From Candidatus Kerfeldbacteria bacterium (GTDB lineage Bacteria; Patescibacteriota; Patescibacteriia; UBA10025; JAHIVO01), in the NCBI GenBank assembly GCA_016214565.1, contig JACROE010000002.1:600007-664006 (forward strand): DNA of 64,000 nt. Reading direction: 5' to 3'. How positions within the stretch are numbered: the stretch's first letter is position 1; every line of letters begins with the position of its first letter. A program made the translations under genes and the position numbers. Shown one piece after another: positions 20,738 to 31,693 of this stretch. The notes beneath the pieces were generated by a model. The model did not search any database. It worked only from the letters and a program-made list of their open reading frames with translations, and was not told the origin of the DNA.

Positions 20738-20847
20738 GCCACTTTTCTTGGCGCCAAGAAAAGTGGCAGAAAAGAAGCGCCGGGATTTCTATTCGCGGGG
20801 TGCTGATTTGCCTATTCAATATTGGAAGGGCTCAAGAGAAATCCCGG
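20738..20847. repeat. Structured intergenic repeat, copy 1
   Basis: GCCACTTTTCTTGGCGCCAAGAAAAGTGGCAGAAAAGAAGCGCC hairpin then long stem CCGGGATTTCT..AGAAATCCCGG; same head as 29558-29740. Confidence 0.6.
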
Positions 20848-20940
20848 ACCCTGTTTCTGAAATTTTGGAGTTCCTAAAACTTTTTGAGTTGCATTGTACT
20901 TTTTGAACAGAAGCTGATAGCAGGGTATACTATCTATACT

Positions 20941-21861
20941 ATGCAGCCACTGGAAAAATCTATTCTGGAGACCATTGCGTATTTTGATGTGTTTGATTAC
21001 CCGTTGGCGCCGTTTGAAGTGTGGCAGTGGCTGTATCGGTCAGATACCGCTGCACCCGGCACCGTATCACTTGGTGAGATAGTCAAGCAGTTGGAGGCAT
21101 TGAAAACCAATGGGCGGATCGCTGAGCAGTGGGGTTTCTATGCGCTGCCTGGCCGCGCCGAGATTGTTGAGACGCGCATGGATCGCTATCGGTTGGCTGA
21201 GCGAAAGTATTTTCGAGTGCAGCGATTGGTACGCTTGTTGCGGTTTGTTCCGTTCGTGCGCATGATAGGGGTTTGCAATACGCTTGCGTATAGTAATAGC
21301 CGTCGTGAAGCAGACATTGACCTCTTTGTGATTACCAGTCCTGGTCGCATCTGGCAGGCTCGGTTTTGGCTGGCTGGATTTCTAAAATTTTTCCGTTTGC
21401 GCCCGTCGCAGGTGCATACGACTGACACGTTGTGCGCATCATTCTATACAGACCGCCAACATCTTAATCTCGAATCGTTGGCCTTGCCTGAGGATATTTA
21501 TTTGGCGTATTGGATTGCGCAGGTAACGCCGATATATGACGAGGGCGTCTATACGCATTTTATGGAGCAGAATCGCTGGGTGCGCCTCTACCTGCCCAAT
21601 CTTCAATCGAAAGTTCTGACGCCCCGGCGTCGGGTACGGGCTTTTTGGGTGCTCCACCGATTGATTGAAGCAATTGCTTGGTGTATTCCTGAACGCGTTT
21701 TTAAGAATTATCAGCTCAAAGTTATGCCGGAGCGCTTGCGGTCATTAGCAAACCAGGATACGCGGGTGGTCGTCGATGACACCATGCTGAAATTCCACGA
21801 TACCGATCGCCGGCAGCAGTATCATGACGCCTGGCGTGAGCGCGTCGCCACACTCGTATGA
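20941..21861 (+). CDS. Nucleotidyltransferase-fold protein with N-terminal helical domain
   Basis: YFDVFDYPL N-terminus; PFVRMIGVCNTLA..ADIDLFVIT pol-beta-like motif. Confidence 0.7.
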   Translation: MQPLEKSILETIAYFDVFDYPLAPFEVWQWLYRSDTAAPGTVSLGEIVKQLEALKTNGRIAEQWGFYALPGRAEIVETRMDRYRLAERKYFRVQRLVRLLRFVPFVRMIGVCNTLAYSNSRREADIDLFVITSPGRIWQARFWLAGFLKFFRLRPSQVHTTDTLCASFYTDRQHLNLESLALPEDIYLAYWIAQVTPIYDEGVYTHFMEQNRWVRLYLPNLQSKVLTPRRRVRAFWVLHRLIEAIAWCIPERVFKNYQLKVMPERLRSLANQDTRVVVDDTMLKFHDTDRRQQYHDAWRERVATLV

Positions 21862-23180
21862 AATGGTTTTATCGCATGTCCACCTGGTTACTCTACGGCT
21901 ATGTTTTTTTACTGCCCGGGCAGGCGCGGTGGATTTGGCGCGAGGCGAGTTTAGGTGGCTGGGTGTGGGAGTATGGCCGAGGCAGTCTCTATCTTACTGA
22001 TTTTTTGTGGGTGGCATTACTTCTGTGCGCCTGGTGTTTTCCCCATACATCAGTACGGATGCGGCAGTGGTGGCTGGCTCTCGGCGCGCTCGTCATTATC
22101 GCATTTGGTTCTGTCCTGGCGAGCGTTCATGCTGATACGTCATGGTATGCCTGGCTGCGTTTGCTTCAGGGTATTTCATTGATTTGGATAATCTATCGAT
22201 TGCGGTTTTCTTGGCGCGGCATATCCATCGCTTTGATCGGCGCTGGCGTCGTGCAGGCGGGTTTTGGCATCTGGCAGTTTTTCTTTCAGGAAGTGATGGC
22301 CAGTACCTGGTTGGGCATGGCCTCCCACGCACCGGCCATCCTGGGTGACTCAGTGATCGAGACCACCGCCGGCAGATTTTTGCGCGCCTATGGCACGCTG
22401 CCCCATCCGAATATTCTCGGCGGGTTCCTGGCAGTCTGTTTGGTGTTATTGATTCCACTGTTAGCCTCAGTCTATCGCGATTGGAAATATGGCTGGTATG
22501 GCGCCATTGGCGTGCCCGCATCATTTGTCATTATCCTTACTGGACTTTTATTCACTTTTTCCCGCTCGGCCTGGTTGGGCGCCGGTGTCGCATTCGTCGG
22601 CATGTTCGTGGCCTCGCTTTGGCAGCGCGATCGACTGCGCATGAGGCTATTGTGTCGCGCGGCAGTCTGGGGGATTGCGGTTATTGCCGTCTGTTGGATA
22701 TTGATACCTGAGCCGTTTCAAACGCATTTAATTGATGGCGGCCGACTGGAGCAGCGATCCTCAGATGAGCGGATGATGGGTATCCGAGATAGTTTCGAAC
22801 AGCTGGGTCAGACGTGGGTGGCGGGCACCGGTATCGGCGCCAGCACCTACGCGAATTTTCAGGAGCGGCCAACCACCCAGGACGGATTTGCTGAACCGGT
22901 GCACGATATATATCTCTTAGTTTTTGTTGAACTCGGCATCTTAGGCGGCATGCTGTTTTTGTGGCTTCTTGGATTATTTATCACTTCCTTCATGCATCAG
23001 CTTACTCGGCGACCGCCTGTATCTGATGGGTATATCGCTTTTGCCGTGGCCGTGGCATGTGTGCTCGTCATTGGGCTCTTCGAGCACTTCATCTGGTCGC
23101 TCGCTTTTGGTGGGTTACTTTTCTGGCTACTCTTCGGCATGTGGCTGAAAATAGAGACTTTTGGCGTTGTGGATAAATAG
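21858..23180 (+). CDS. O-antigen ligase (Wzy_C) family membrane protein
   Basis: RAYGTLPHPNILGGFL, TFSRSAWLG, PVHDIYL..ELGILG; many TM helices. Confidence 0.85.
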   Translation: MKWFYRMSTWLLYGYVFLLPGQARWIWREASLGGWVWEYGRGSLYLTDFLWVALLLCAWCFPHTSVRMRQWWLALGALVIIAFGSVLASVHADTSWYAWLRLLQGISLIWIIYRLRFSWRGISIALIGAGVVQAGFGIWQFFFQEVMASTWLGMASHAPAILGDSVIETTAGRFLRAYGTLPHPNILGGFLAVCLVLLIPLLASVYRDWKYGWYGAIGVPASFVIILTGLLFTFSRSAWLGAGVAFVGMFVASLWQRDRLRMRLLCRAAVWGIAVIAVCWILIPEPFQTHLIDGGRLEQRSSDERMMGIRDSFEQLGQTWVAGTGIGASTYANFQERPTTQDGFAEPVHDIYLLVFVELGILGGMLFLWLLGLFITSFMHQLTRRPPVSDGYIAFAVAVACVLVIGLFEHFIWSLAFGGLLFWLLFGMWLKIETFGVVDK

Positions 23181-23195
23181 CGGAGTAGGGGGCGT

Positions 23196-23223
23196 TTGAC
23201 AGGGTAAAAACCATTGCTATAAT
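23196..23223 (+). promoter_or_regulatory. groES-groEL promoter
   Basis: TTGACA-16bp-TATAAT. Confidence 0.8.
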
Positions 23224-23226
23224 GTA

Positions 23227-23253
23227 TTAGCACTCAATAGTCTAGAGTGCTAA
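23227..23253 (+). promoter_or_regulatory. CIRCE element (HrcA operator)
   Basis: Perfect TTAGCACTC-N9-GAGTGCTAA upstream of groES. Confidence 0.97.
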
Positions 23254-23293
23254 ATTAATTAACAATTATTAATAAATAAAGGCAAAAAAGCAT

Positions 23294-23569
23294 ATGAAAC
23301 TCAAACCATTGGGTGATCGGATTGCCGTCAAACCGGTAACCGAAGAAGAGGTAACCAAGTCAGGCATCGTGTTACCTGAGACCGCTGAAAAAGAAAAAAA
23401 AGAAGAGGGTGAGGTCGTGGCCATCGGCGACGGTGAAAAGATCACCAAGCTCGGGCTGAAAGTCGGCGACCGCGTGCTCTTCGGCAAATACGCCGGCGAA
23501 GAAGTGACGCTGGAGAATGTCGAGTATAAAGTATTAAAAGATGAAGACGTGCTCGCCGTTGTCGAGTAA
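23294..23569 (+). CDS. groES: Co-chaperonin GroES
   Basis: LKPLGDRI, TKSGIVLP, VGDRVLFGKYAG. Confidence 0.98.
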   Translation: MKLKPLGDRIAVKPVTEEEVTKSGIVLPETAEKEKKEEGEVVAIGDGEKITKLGLKVGDRVLFGKYAGEEVTLENVEYKVLKDEDVLAVVE

Positions 23570-23589
23570 CGTCAGTATTGAATTATTAA

Positions 23590-25239
<1,650 letters not shown>

Positions 25240-25375
25240 TCGGACAACCCTTTCGAAAAGTGTTTTCCGACACCTTTCGCAAAAGGTTGATTCGCTCGGT
25301 CTGGGACCCACAAGACCCGTGACCTCGCGAAACTTCATTCTATGCTAAGCTCGGCATGCTCCAGAGATAATAGGA

Positions 25376-25411
25376 AAACCCCCGGATGGAAACAGACGGG
25401 GGTTTTTGGTT
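25376..25411 (+). terminator. Terminator-like hairpin after groEL, duplicated at 26010-26039
   Basis: AAAACCCCCG..CGGGGGTTTTT; 30 bp identical to 26010-26039. Confidence 0.65.
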
Positions 25412-25439
25412 TATTATTCCTTTGGTATAATCTGATGGT

Positions 25440-25976
25440 ATGACTGTCATCTATCCTATTGAATGGGAGATACCCGCCGGAACTCTTGCGAGCTGGATTG
25501 GCTGGGCGAGAAGTAGGCCATCGGTAATTGCATTGTTAGTTGCAGTAGTTTTTTTTGCGCTCATCATTTTTTTACCAGATACGTGGGGTTTTGGGACAAT
25601 ACTAATCGTCTTTATTTTTTTATTACTTGGCCGAATGTGGCGTCATCCTACTTGGCTACCGATGCGTCGATATCGGATTGACGAAAAGGGTATAATGGTT
25701 CGTGAGGGGGCTCGTGAAAAAATATTCGCATGGCAAGACTGTAAAGATTACCATCTGAGGGATGCTCCGGAAGATAATGAATTGTTAATGATCGGAGTGG
25801 TGGATAAGTCAGAGAAACTTGGCAAGCTCATAGTCGTGCGGTCTGAAAAGTCATTGGATGTTATCGGAACAAGTCACGCTTTTGTGCTGCAGACAAATAC
25901 AACCATCGAAAGTGATGTAATCGAGACCATTGCTTCTCGACTGCCCAAGTCGCCATTGGAGGCCGCGGAGGGATGA
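25440..25976 (+). CDS. Membrane protein with two TM helices and a PH-like soluble domain
   Basis: Two hydrophobic helices then YRIDEKGI..FAWQDC; TATAAT just upstream (near-leaderless). Confidence 0.6.
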   Translation: MTVIYPIEWEIPAGTLASWIGWARSRPSVIALLVAVVFFALIIFLPDTWGFGTILIVFIFLLLGRMWRHPTWLPMRRYRIDEKGIMVREGAREKIFAWQDCKDYHLRDAPEDNELLMIGVVDKSEKLGKLIVVRSEKSLDVIGTSHAFVLQTNTTIESDVIETIASRLPKSPLEAAEG

Positions 25977-26047
25977 TCACGGGGTGACAAGTTTATAGTA
26001 TAAGACCCGCCGGATGGAAACAGACGGGGGTTTTTGGTTATTAACTG

Positions 26048-26107
26048 CCCTCATGCCGAACTGGTTTCGGCATCTCAAGAGATCCTGAAATTAATTCAGG
26101 ATGAGGG
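26048..26107. repeat. REP-like double-hairpin element, copy 2
   Basis: CCTCATGCCGAACTGGTTTCGGCATCTC..GAGATCCTGAAATTAATTCAGGATGAGG. Confidence 0.75.
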
Positions 26108-26173
26108 AATTGAGATGGGTTTTGGTTTTATCCAATTCGCGCTATACTATAGACAGATGTGACATCGATTTCT

Positions 26174-26668
26174 ATGAATGAAAATCCTGTCCAAGCAACA
26201 GCGCCGGCTGTTCCGGCTACCCCATCAGACAATGCGCTCATCGCGGGCAAACCGCTCGGGTATTACTGGCGTATGACTCGTCTTTTTGTTGTTCTGGCGG
26301 TACTCCTCGATATCATCAACGCCTGGCTAGGCATTCTTTCGTATGGACGATGGGTTATTCTCGGTGTGGTGGTGTTATTGCTTGCTTGGTGGAGTTCTCA
26401 CCGCGGCACTGTTTCGATGAATAGCATGCTGGTTGCCGGCGGTCTCTTTGGCATATTGACCGGCATTACATTCGCCATAATTGACATAATTTGGTATCAT
26501 CAGTGGTGGTATGCATTGAATCTCGTACGATTACCCATACTCATCGGAGCATTGGGAATCGGCGTCAGTTTCATCGGGTACTTTCTCTTCCGCAGTCTTT
26601 TGGTCAGAAGGGAACAATCCCAAACGAAAGGGGGTGGCATCTATGGACGAACAAAAAAATATGAATGA
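26174..26668 (+). CDS. 4-TM membrane protein
   Basis: Hydrophobic profile; overlaps next gene. Confidence 0.65.
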   Translation: MNENPVQATAPAVPATPSDNALIAGKPLGYYWRMTRLFVVLAVLLDIINAWLGILSYGRWVILGVVVLLLAWWSSHRGTVSMNSMLVAGGLFGILTGITFAIIDIIWYHQWWYALNLVRLPILIGALGIGVSFIGYFLFRSLLVRREQSQTKGGGIYGRTKKYE

Positions 26669-26963
26669 ACAGAAACCGGTTTCCGGCAATTCAGACAGCA
26701 ATCTGATGGCCGCGCTGTCCTACGTGTGGATTTTGAGCATTGTCATGCTGATCATCAAGAAAGATGACGAGTTTGTGAAATACCACGCGAAACAAGGATT
26801 GATTTTATTTATTCTCTCCTTCGTCGGCGTTATTCCGGTCATTGGCTGGTTTGTTTGGCTGGCGGTCGTGATACTCGACATCATTGGTTTCATCAAAGCC
26901 TTGTCCGGCGAGCGGTATAAGGTGCCGGTCGTAGGAGATCTAGCAGAGAAGATCAAGATGTAA
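26643..26963 (+). CDS. DUF4870-like small membrane protein
   Basis: MAALSY, KDDEFVKYHAKQG, KALSGERYKVPVVG. Confidence 0.85.
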   Translation: MDEQKNMNEQKPVSGNSDSNLMAALSYVWILSIVMLIIKKDDEFVKYHAKQGLILFILSFVGVIPVIGWFVWLAVVILDIIGFIKALSGERYKVPVVGDLAEKIKM

Positions 26964-27060
26964 TTGCCAAAACTGAAATTTCGAAAGCCCGGGATTGATT
27001 TTCCGGGCTTTTTGTGTTATACTGTGTATACAATCTATCATTAAACGGAAAAAATTTTTT

Positions 27061-29466
27061 ATGTCAGCACGATCAAAGGCACTCGTACTCTGGTTTAATG
27101 AATTAGGAATCAAGGACGTCCCCTTGGTCGGTGGGAAGAATGCATCCTTGGGCGAAATGTACCGCAAGCTGACGAAGCAAAAAGTTTCAATCCCCAATGG
27201 ATACGCCATCACTGCCGCGGCGTATTTTTATTTACTCGAGGAGCAGGGCATCCGGGATGACATCAAACGGGTGCTGAAGGATTTGGACACTCACAATCTC
27301 CGCAATCTCCAGGCGCATGGCAAGAAAGTCCGCCAGCTGATTCTCAATACTACTTTTCCCAAAGATCTCAAAGAAATTATCGTTGCCAACTATCGCAAGC
27401 TCGAGGCGCAGTATGGGAAAAATGTAGACGTAGCCGTCCGCTCGTCAGCCACGGCAGAGGATTTGCCGGACGCGTCATTTGCCGGCCAGCAAGAAACGTA
27501 TTTGAATATTCGGGGTGCTGACGCGCTGCTTGAGGCATGTAAAAAATGTTTTGCCTCGTTATTCACCGACCGCGCAATTTCCTATCGTGAAGACAAGCAT
27601 TTTGATCATTTTTCCATCGGCCTCTCCATCGCCGTGCAGAAAATGGTGCGCTCGGATAAAGGCGCCTCAGGCGTTATGTTCTCTATTGATACCGAGTCGG
27701 GCCACAAAGACATGGTGCTGATTAACGCCGCCTATGGATTGGGTGAAAACGTGGTGCAAGGCGCGGTCAGTCCCGATGAGTTTTATGTGCACAAGCCAAC
27801 CTTGAAAAAAGGCTTCAAACCGATTGTTTCGAAAATGCTGGGCACCAAGAAGATCAAGATGATTTACTCCACCGGCGCCACACCCACCAAAAATATTCCA
27901 GTGCCGACGGCTGATCGGATGCGGTATTGTATTACTGATGCGGAAGTTCTGAAATTGGCGAAGTGGGCATCTATTATTGAAGATCACTATTCGAAGGAAG
28001 CTGGGCATTTCAAACCCATGGACATGGAGTGGGCCAAGGACGGCGTTACCGGTAAATTATTTATCGTCCAGGCGCGCCCTGAGACGGTAGTGTCTCAGCG
28101 CGACGTGAATGTACTCGAGGCCTATACGCTGAAGAAGAAGAGCAAGCTTCTTGTCAGCGGATCGCCCGTTGGGGCCAAAATTGGTTCTGGTAGAGCTAAC
28201 GTGGTCAAAGACGTACGCAGTATTCATGATTTCAGAAAAGGTGATGTGCTGGTAACTCATATGACGGATCCCGACTGGGAGCCGATTATGAAAATCGCTT
28301 CGGCTATCGTGACCAACGAGGGTGGTCGCACCTCCCATGCCGCCATTGTTTCCCGCGAATTGGGCATTCCGGCCATCGTGGGTGCTGACGGCGCGACCAA
28401 AAAGATTCCGCACAATTCCACGATTACCGTGAGCTGTGCCGAGGGAGATGTGGGGAATGTGTATGCCGGTAAATTGCCCTTCTCCGTCCGACGGACTGAT
28501 ATTAAGAAATTACCCCGGCCAAAACGCACCAAGGTAAAAATGATTTTTGGCACTCCTGAATTGGCATTCGCCACCTCGCAGATTCCGAATGACGGTGTGG
28601 GTTTGGCCCGCGAGGAATTCATTATCAATTCGTATATCAAGATTCATCCGATGGCTTTGGTCAATTATGCCCAGCTGAAAGATCGGGCCGCCAAACGCCA
28701 AATCGACGCCTTAACCATCGGCTATACGGATAAAAAGAAATATTACATTGATAAATTGGCCTATGGAATTGCCACCATTGCCGCGGCATTTTATCCGCGC
28801 GAGGTGATTGTCCGACTGGCCGACTTCCGTTCAAATGAATATGCTGAATTAATCGGTGGCAAGCAATTTGAGCCCGAGGAGCGCAATCCGATGATTGGCT
28901 GGCGCGGTGCTTCCCGCTACTACGATCCGAAATATCGTCCAGCGTTTGACCTGGAGTGCCAGGCATTGAAACGGGTGCGCGAAGAAATGGGCATGACGAA
29001 TGTGAAGGTAATGGTGCCATTCTGCCGCACTGTTGATGAAGGTAAGAAAGTCATCCAAGCCATGGCGGAGAACGGATTGAAACAGCATGTGAACGGCCTC
29101 GAGGTGTACGTCATGTGCGAGATTCCGTCCAATGTTATCTTGGCTGACCAGTTCTCAAAGATTTTTGACGGGTTCTCGATTGGGTCCAATGACTTGACTC
29201 AATTAACCCTCGGTCTGGATCGTGACTCTGGCATCATCGCCCATGTGGGCAATGAAAAGAACGAGGCAGTCAAGCGGTTAGTTACCCAGGTTATTAAAAC
29301 CGCAAAGCAGTACAAGCGGGATATCGGCATCTGCGGCCAAGCGCCGTCTGACTTCCCGGACTTTGCCCAGTTCCTGGTCAAGCAGGGGATCAATAGCATT
29401 TCCCTGAATCCTGACACGATTCTGAGCACCATGGTGGCAATTGCTAAAGCAGAAAAACGGAAGTAA
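27061..29466 (+). CDS. ppsA: Phosphoenolpyruvate synthase
   Basis: VGGKNASLGEM, VAVRSSATAEDLPDASFAGQQ, GGRTSHAAIVSRELG, FSIGSNDLTQ. Confidence 0.97.
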   Translation: MSARSKALVLWFNELGIKDVPLVGGKNASLGEMYRKLTKQKVSIPNGYAITAAAYFYLLEEQGIRDDIKRVLKDLDTHNLRNLQAHGKKVRQLILNTTFPKDLKEIIVANYRKLEAQYGKNVDVAVRSSATAEDLPDASFAGQQETYLNIRGADALLEACKKCFASLFTDRAISYREDKHFDHFSIGLSIAVQKMVRSDKGASGVMFSIDTESGHKDMVLINAAYGLGENVVQGAVSPDEFYVHKPTLKKGFKPIVSKMLGTKKIKMIYSTGATPTKNIPVPTADRMRYCITDAEVLKLAKWASIIEDHYSKEAGHFKPMDMEWAKDGVTGKLFIVQARPETVVSQRDVNVLEAYTLKKKSKLLVSGSPVGAKIGSGRANVVKDVRSIHDFRKGDVLVTHMTDPDWEPIMKIASAIVTNEGGRTSHAAIVSRELGIPAIVGADGATKKIPHNSTITVSCAEGDVGNVYAGKLPFSVRRTDIKKLPRPKRTKVKMIFGTPELAFATSQIPNDGVGLAREEFIINSYIKIHPMALVNYAQLKDRAAKRQIDALTIGYTDKKKYYIDKLAYGIATIAAAFYPREVIVRLADFRSNEYAELIGGKQFEPEERNPMIGWRGASRYYDPKYRPAFDLECQALKRVREEMGMTNVKVMVPFCRTVDEGKKVIQAMAENGLKQHVNGLEVYVMCEIPSNVILADQFSKIFDGFSIGSNDLTQLTLGLDRDSGIIAHVGNEKNEAVKRLVTQVIKTAKQYKRDIGICGQAPSDFPDFAQFLVKQGINSISLNPDTILSTMVAIAKAEKRK

Positions 29467-29557
29467 ATCGATTGTCACTCTGAGTGAAACGAAGAGTCTC
29501 CTGGCCAACGGCCAGGCGACTCTTTAAGTTAATTTAGGTTGATCCCTTTCTTTGTTC

Positions 29558-29740
29558 GCCGCTTTTCTGCTCGTCCAGAAAAGCGGCAGAAAAGAGACGC
29601 CGCCAAGGCAAAGAAATTAACACAAAAAGGCTCGTCGTCGCTGCCGACCCACAACCGGCTCCGCCTTGAGTGGGCATCGGCGCCTTTTCAGGCACGCTCC
29701 TCCTCACTCTTTTTGTGTAACATTTCTTTTTGATTGGCGG
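29558..29740. repeat. Structured intergenic repeat, copy 2
   Basis: GCCGCTTTTCTGCTCGTCCAGAAAAGCGGCAGAAAAGAGACGCC head then long stem CCGCCAA..ACACAAAAAG / CTTTTTGTGT..TTGGCGG. Confidence 0.6.
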
Positions 29741-29846
29741 ATTTAATGGATATGAGTAGAAGGAAAGTTTTCGCGGAAAATAAATATGGACGACTTCACG
29801 TGAGGTCAAAGTCGTCCATTAGTTAGATTGCCGCGCTTGACTGTCG

Positions 29847-30065
29847 TCAAGCAAATCCGGTTGGCCACACATTGTGGAGATGTAGTTTGCATGAGCAGCA
29901 GCCGCTTGTGCAATTCCACCGTGAGGTCCATCTCACCAAAAGATCACTGAAGATCGGCTGAAATGGTCGTTCACATACTGTGAATGGTGGTTGCAGCTGT
30001 GCTGCTGAGTGTGGTACCGGGAGGGCAACCGTCGTCATTGCGTCTGACATGAAATGTACAAACAT
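29847..30065 (-). CDS. Orphan 72-aa protein with Cys-rich C-terminus
   Basis: GGAGG SD, upstream TTGACA, downstream hairpin near 29788-29818; WNCTSGCCSC. Confidence 0.45.
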   Translation of the reverse strand: MFVHFMSDAMTTVALPVPHSAAQLQPPFTVCERPFQPIFSDLLVRWTSRWNCTSGCCSCKLHLHNVWPTGFA

Positions 30066-30248
30066 AACAACCCTCCGGCTATGTATAGAAATCAGATTAC
30101 TCCTGTGATGAAAAATGTCAAATCCCCAATAAAAACGTTTGCGTTCGCAAACTGCTGTGCTATACTGAGCTTTACGGATAACCCTGGAGAATAAGTGCTA
30201 AGCATAGCGCTTTTTTATCACTAGCAAGGGTGAGAAAACCAGAAAAAT

Positions 30249-30335
30249 GGAGGCGTGCCAGAGCGGTTGAATGGGCGTCCCTGGAAAGGACGTAAACCTT
30301 CACGGGTTTCAGAGGTTCGAATCCTCTCGCCTCCG
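30249..30335 (+). tRNA. tRNA-Ser(GGA), CCA not encoded
   Basis: GGAGGCG/CGCCTCC acceptor, CGTCC-CTGGAAA-GGACG anticodon arm, long variable arm, GTTCGAATC. Confidence 0.95.
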
Positions 30336-30507
30336 AATGAACAAAGTGAGTGAAGGAGCGAAGTCCTGCACCTGCGTGCAGGACGTGAGGATGAGAAAGC
30401 CGCAGCGATGCGCGAGTTTCCCGAAGGGAAGGCGAGCGCCGCGAGGCGGGGTCGACCGCAATTGCCGTCAGGCAATTGACGGGTGACCGAAACTCTCGCC
30501 TCCGCCA
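30336..30507 (+). repeat. Structured ~170-bp element ending in a duplicate tRNA-Ser 3' end with CCA
   Basis: CTCTCGCCTCCG at 30324-35 and 30493-504 (second followed by CCA); several hairpins between. Confidence 0.7.
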
Positions 30508-30561
30508 AGAGAATTAAGTATCGTGTGCAGCTCATAAGCACGTAATAAATATATAAATCAT

Positions 30562-31299
30562 ATGGATCAATCATCAATTAATCCAGCAATCCCAAAACAA
30601 GATCCTCAGGAGACGATTAATACTTCTATCTCAGGGGCAGATCAACCACGGGTTTATAAGGCTGTAAGGGCAGTGGGGGTGGTCAAGCCAACATATTTAC
30701 CAGGAAATAAAAACTTCGGGAATAGCTTGCAAGTGATAGGCACTGCCTTCTGGCTAAAGGATTATAAAGTTTTGGTAACATGTGCGCATGTGATTCAGGG
30801 ATTGCTTGCTGGCCCTTTAGAGCAAACAGGACTTCTGGTCGTTGGGAATCTAGGAAATTATGCTCGTGCGGTAATTGCTTCTGTAGATTTAGCACATGAT
30901 CTAGCCGTTCTTAAAATTGTTGATAAAAATGAAATATTTATTAATTCTGAGGCTGCTCAAGGTTTGGAAATGGTTAACGAATATCCTAGTGTCGGGAAAG
31001 CTGTGGGGTATGCTGGCTTTCCAATGGGTTCGCAATTACTCAACTCAATTCATTCGCCGACATACGCGGAGGGAGTTGTTGCGGTTCAGCTCCGGGAAAA
31101 CCCCAGTAGGAAAGAAATCCAAATTACAGGAGCTGTTGCTGGGGGATATAGTGGCGCTCCAGTTGTATTAAAAGATGAGAGTGTCAAATTAATCGGCGTT
31201 TTAGCCAGTGGCCCAAGCGCCCCGGGGACACAAGGAAATATTTTTATGGCTATTTCTTGGCAACATGTGGAAGCGTTGGCCAAACTTGCCAATTCATAA
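30562..31299 (+). CDS. Trypsin-like serine protease without signal peptide
   Basis: VTCAHV (His), HDLAVL (Asp), GYSGAP (Ser); AT-richer than flanks. Confidence 0.85.
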   Translation: MDQSSINPAIPKQDPQETINTSISGADQPRVYKAVRAVGVVKPTYLPGNKNFGNSLQVIGTAFWLKDYKVLVTCAHVIQGLLAGPLEQTGLLVVGNLGNYARAVIASVDLAHDLAVLKIVDKNEIFINSEAAQGLEMVNEYPSVGKAVGYAGFPMGSQLLNSIHSPTYAEGVVAVQLRENPSRKEIQITGAVAGGYSGAPVVLKDESVKLIGVLASGPSAPGTQGNIFMAISWQHVEALAKLANS

Positions 31300-31330
31300 G
31301 TATTCCCTTGAGTCAGAAAAGTCATCACAT

Positions 31331-31693
31331 ATGAAACTTACTCGCCGGACCGCACAGGTCAAAAAGAAGCATGGCATCAAGTTGTGGGTTTATCCCATTA
31401 AGCGCAAAGAAGCCGGTGTCGCATATGTAGAAGTCGCTCAGGGTCATCTCCAGGAATTTTATGATACAAAAAGCACTTTTATTTACTACATCATCGAAGG
31501 TAGGGGTGGCTTTTACTTGAACGGCAAAAGAGTCGCCGTAAAAGCAACCGATCTTATCACTATTCCGCCGATGACAAAAATTTATTACATGGGGAAAATG
31601 AAGATGATATTAACGACGATTCCGGCATGGCACGCTAAAAATGAAGTCCATGTACGATTTATAAAGCAGCCAAAGAAACATGCCTCAAGATAA
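31331..31693 (+). CDS. Cupin-domain protein
   Basis: YYIIEGRG.F.LNG..VKATDLITIPP. Confidence 0.75.
   Translation: MKLTRRTAQVKKKHGIKLWVYPIKRKEAGVAYVEVAQGHLQEFYDTKSTFIYYIIEGRGGFYLNGKRVAVKATDLITIPPMTKIYYMGKMKMILTTIPAWHAKNEVHVRFIKQPKKHASR

Noticed and set aside
25245-25335. Hairpins after groEL as an ncRNA
   Set aside because: Two imperfect stems without a recognisable motif; probably 3' UTR or repeat debris.
30176-30240. AAGTGCTAA as a second CIRCE, or the tRNA-Ser leader hairpin as a known ncRNA
   Set aside because: No TTAGCACTC half-site at N9 spacing; the hairpin matches no family I recognise.
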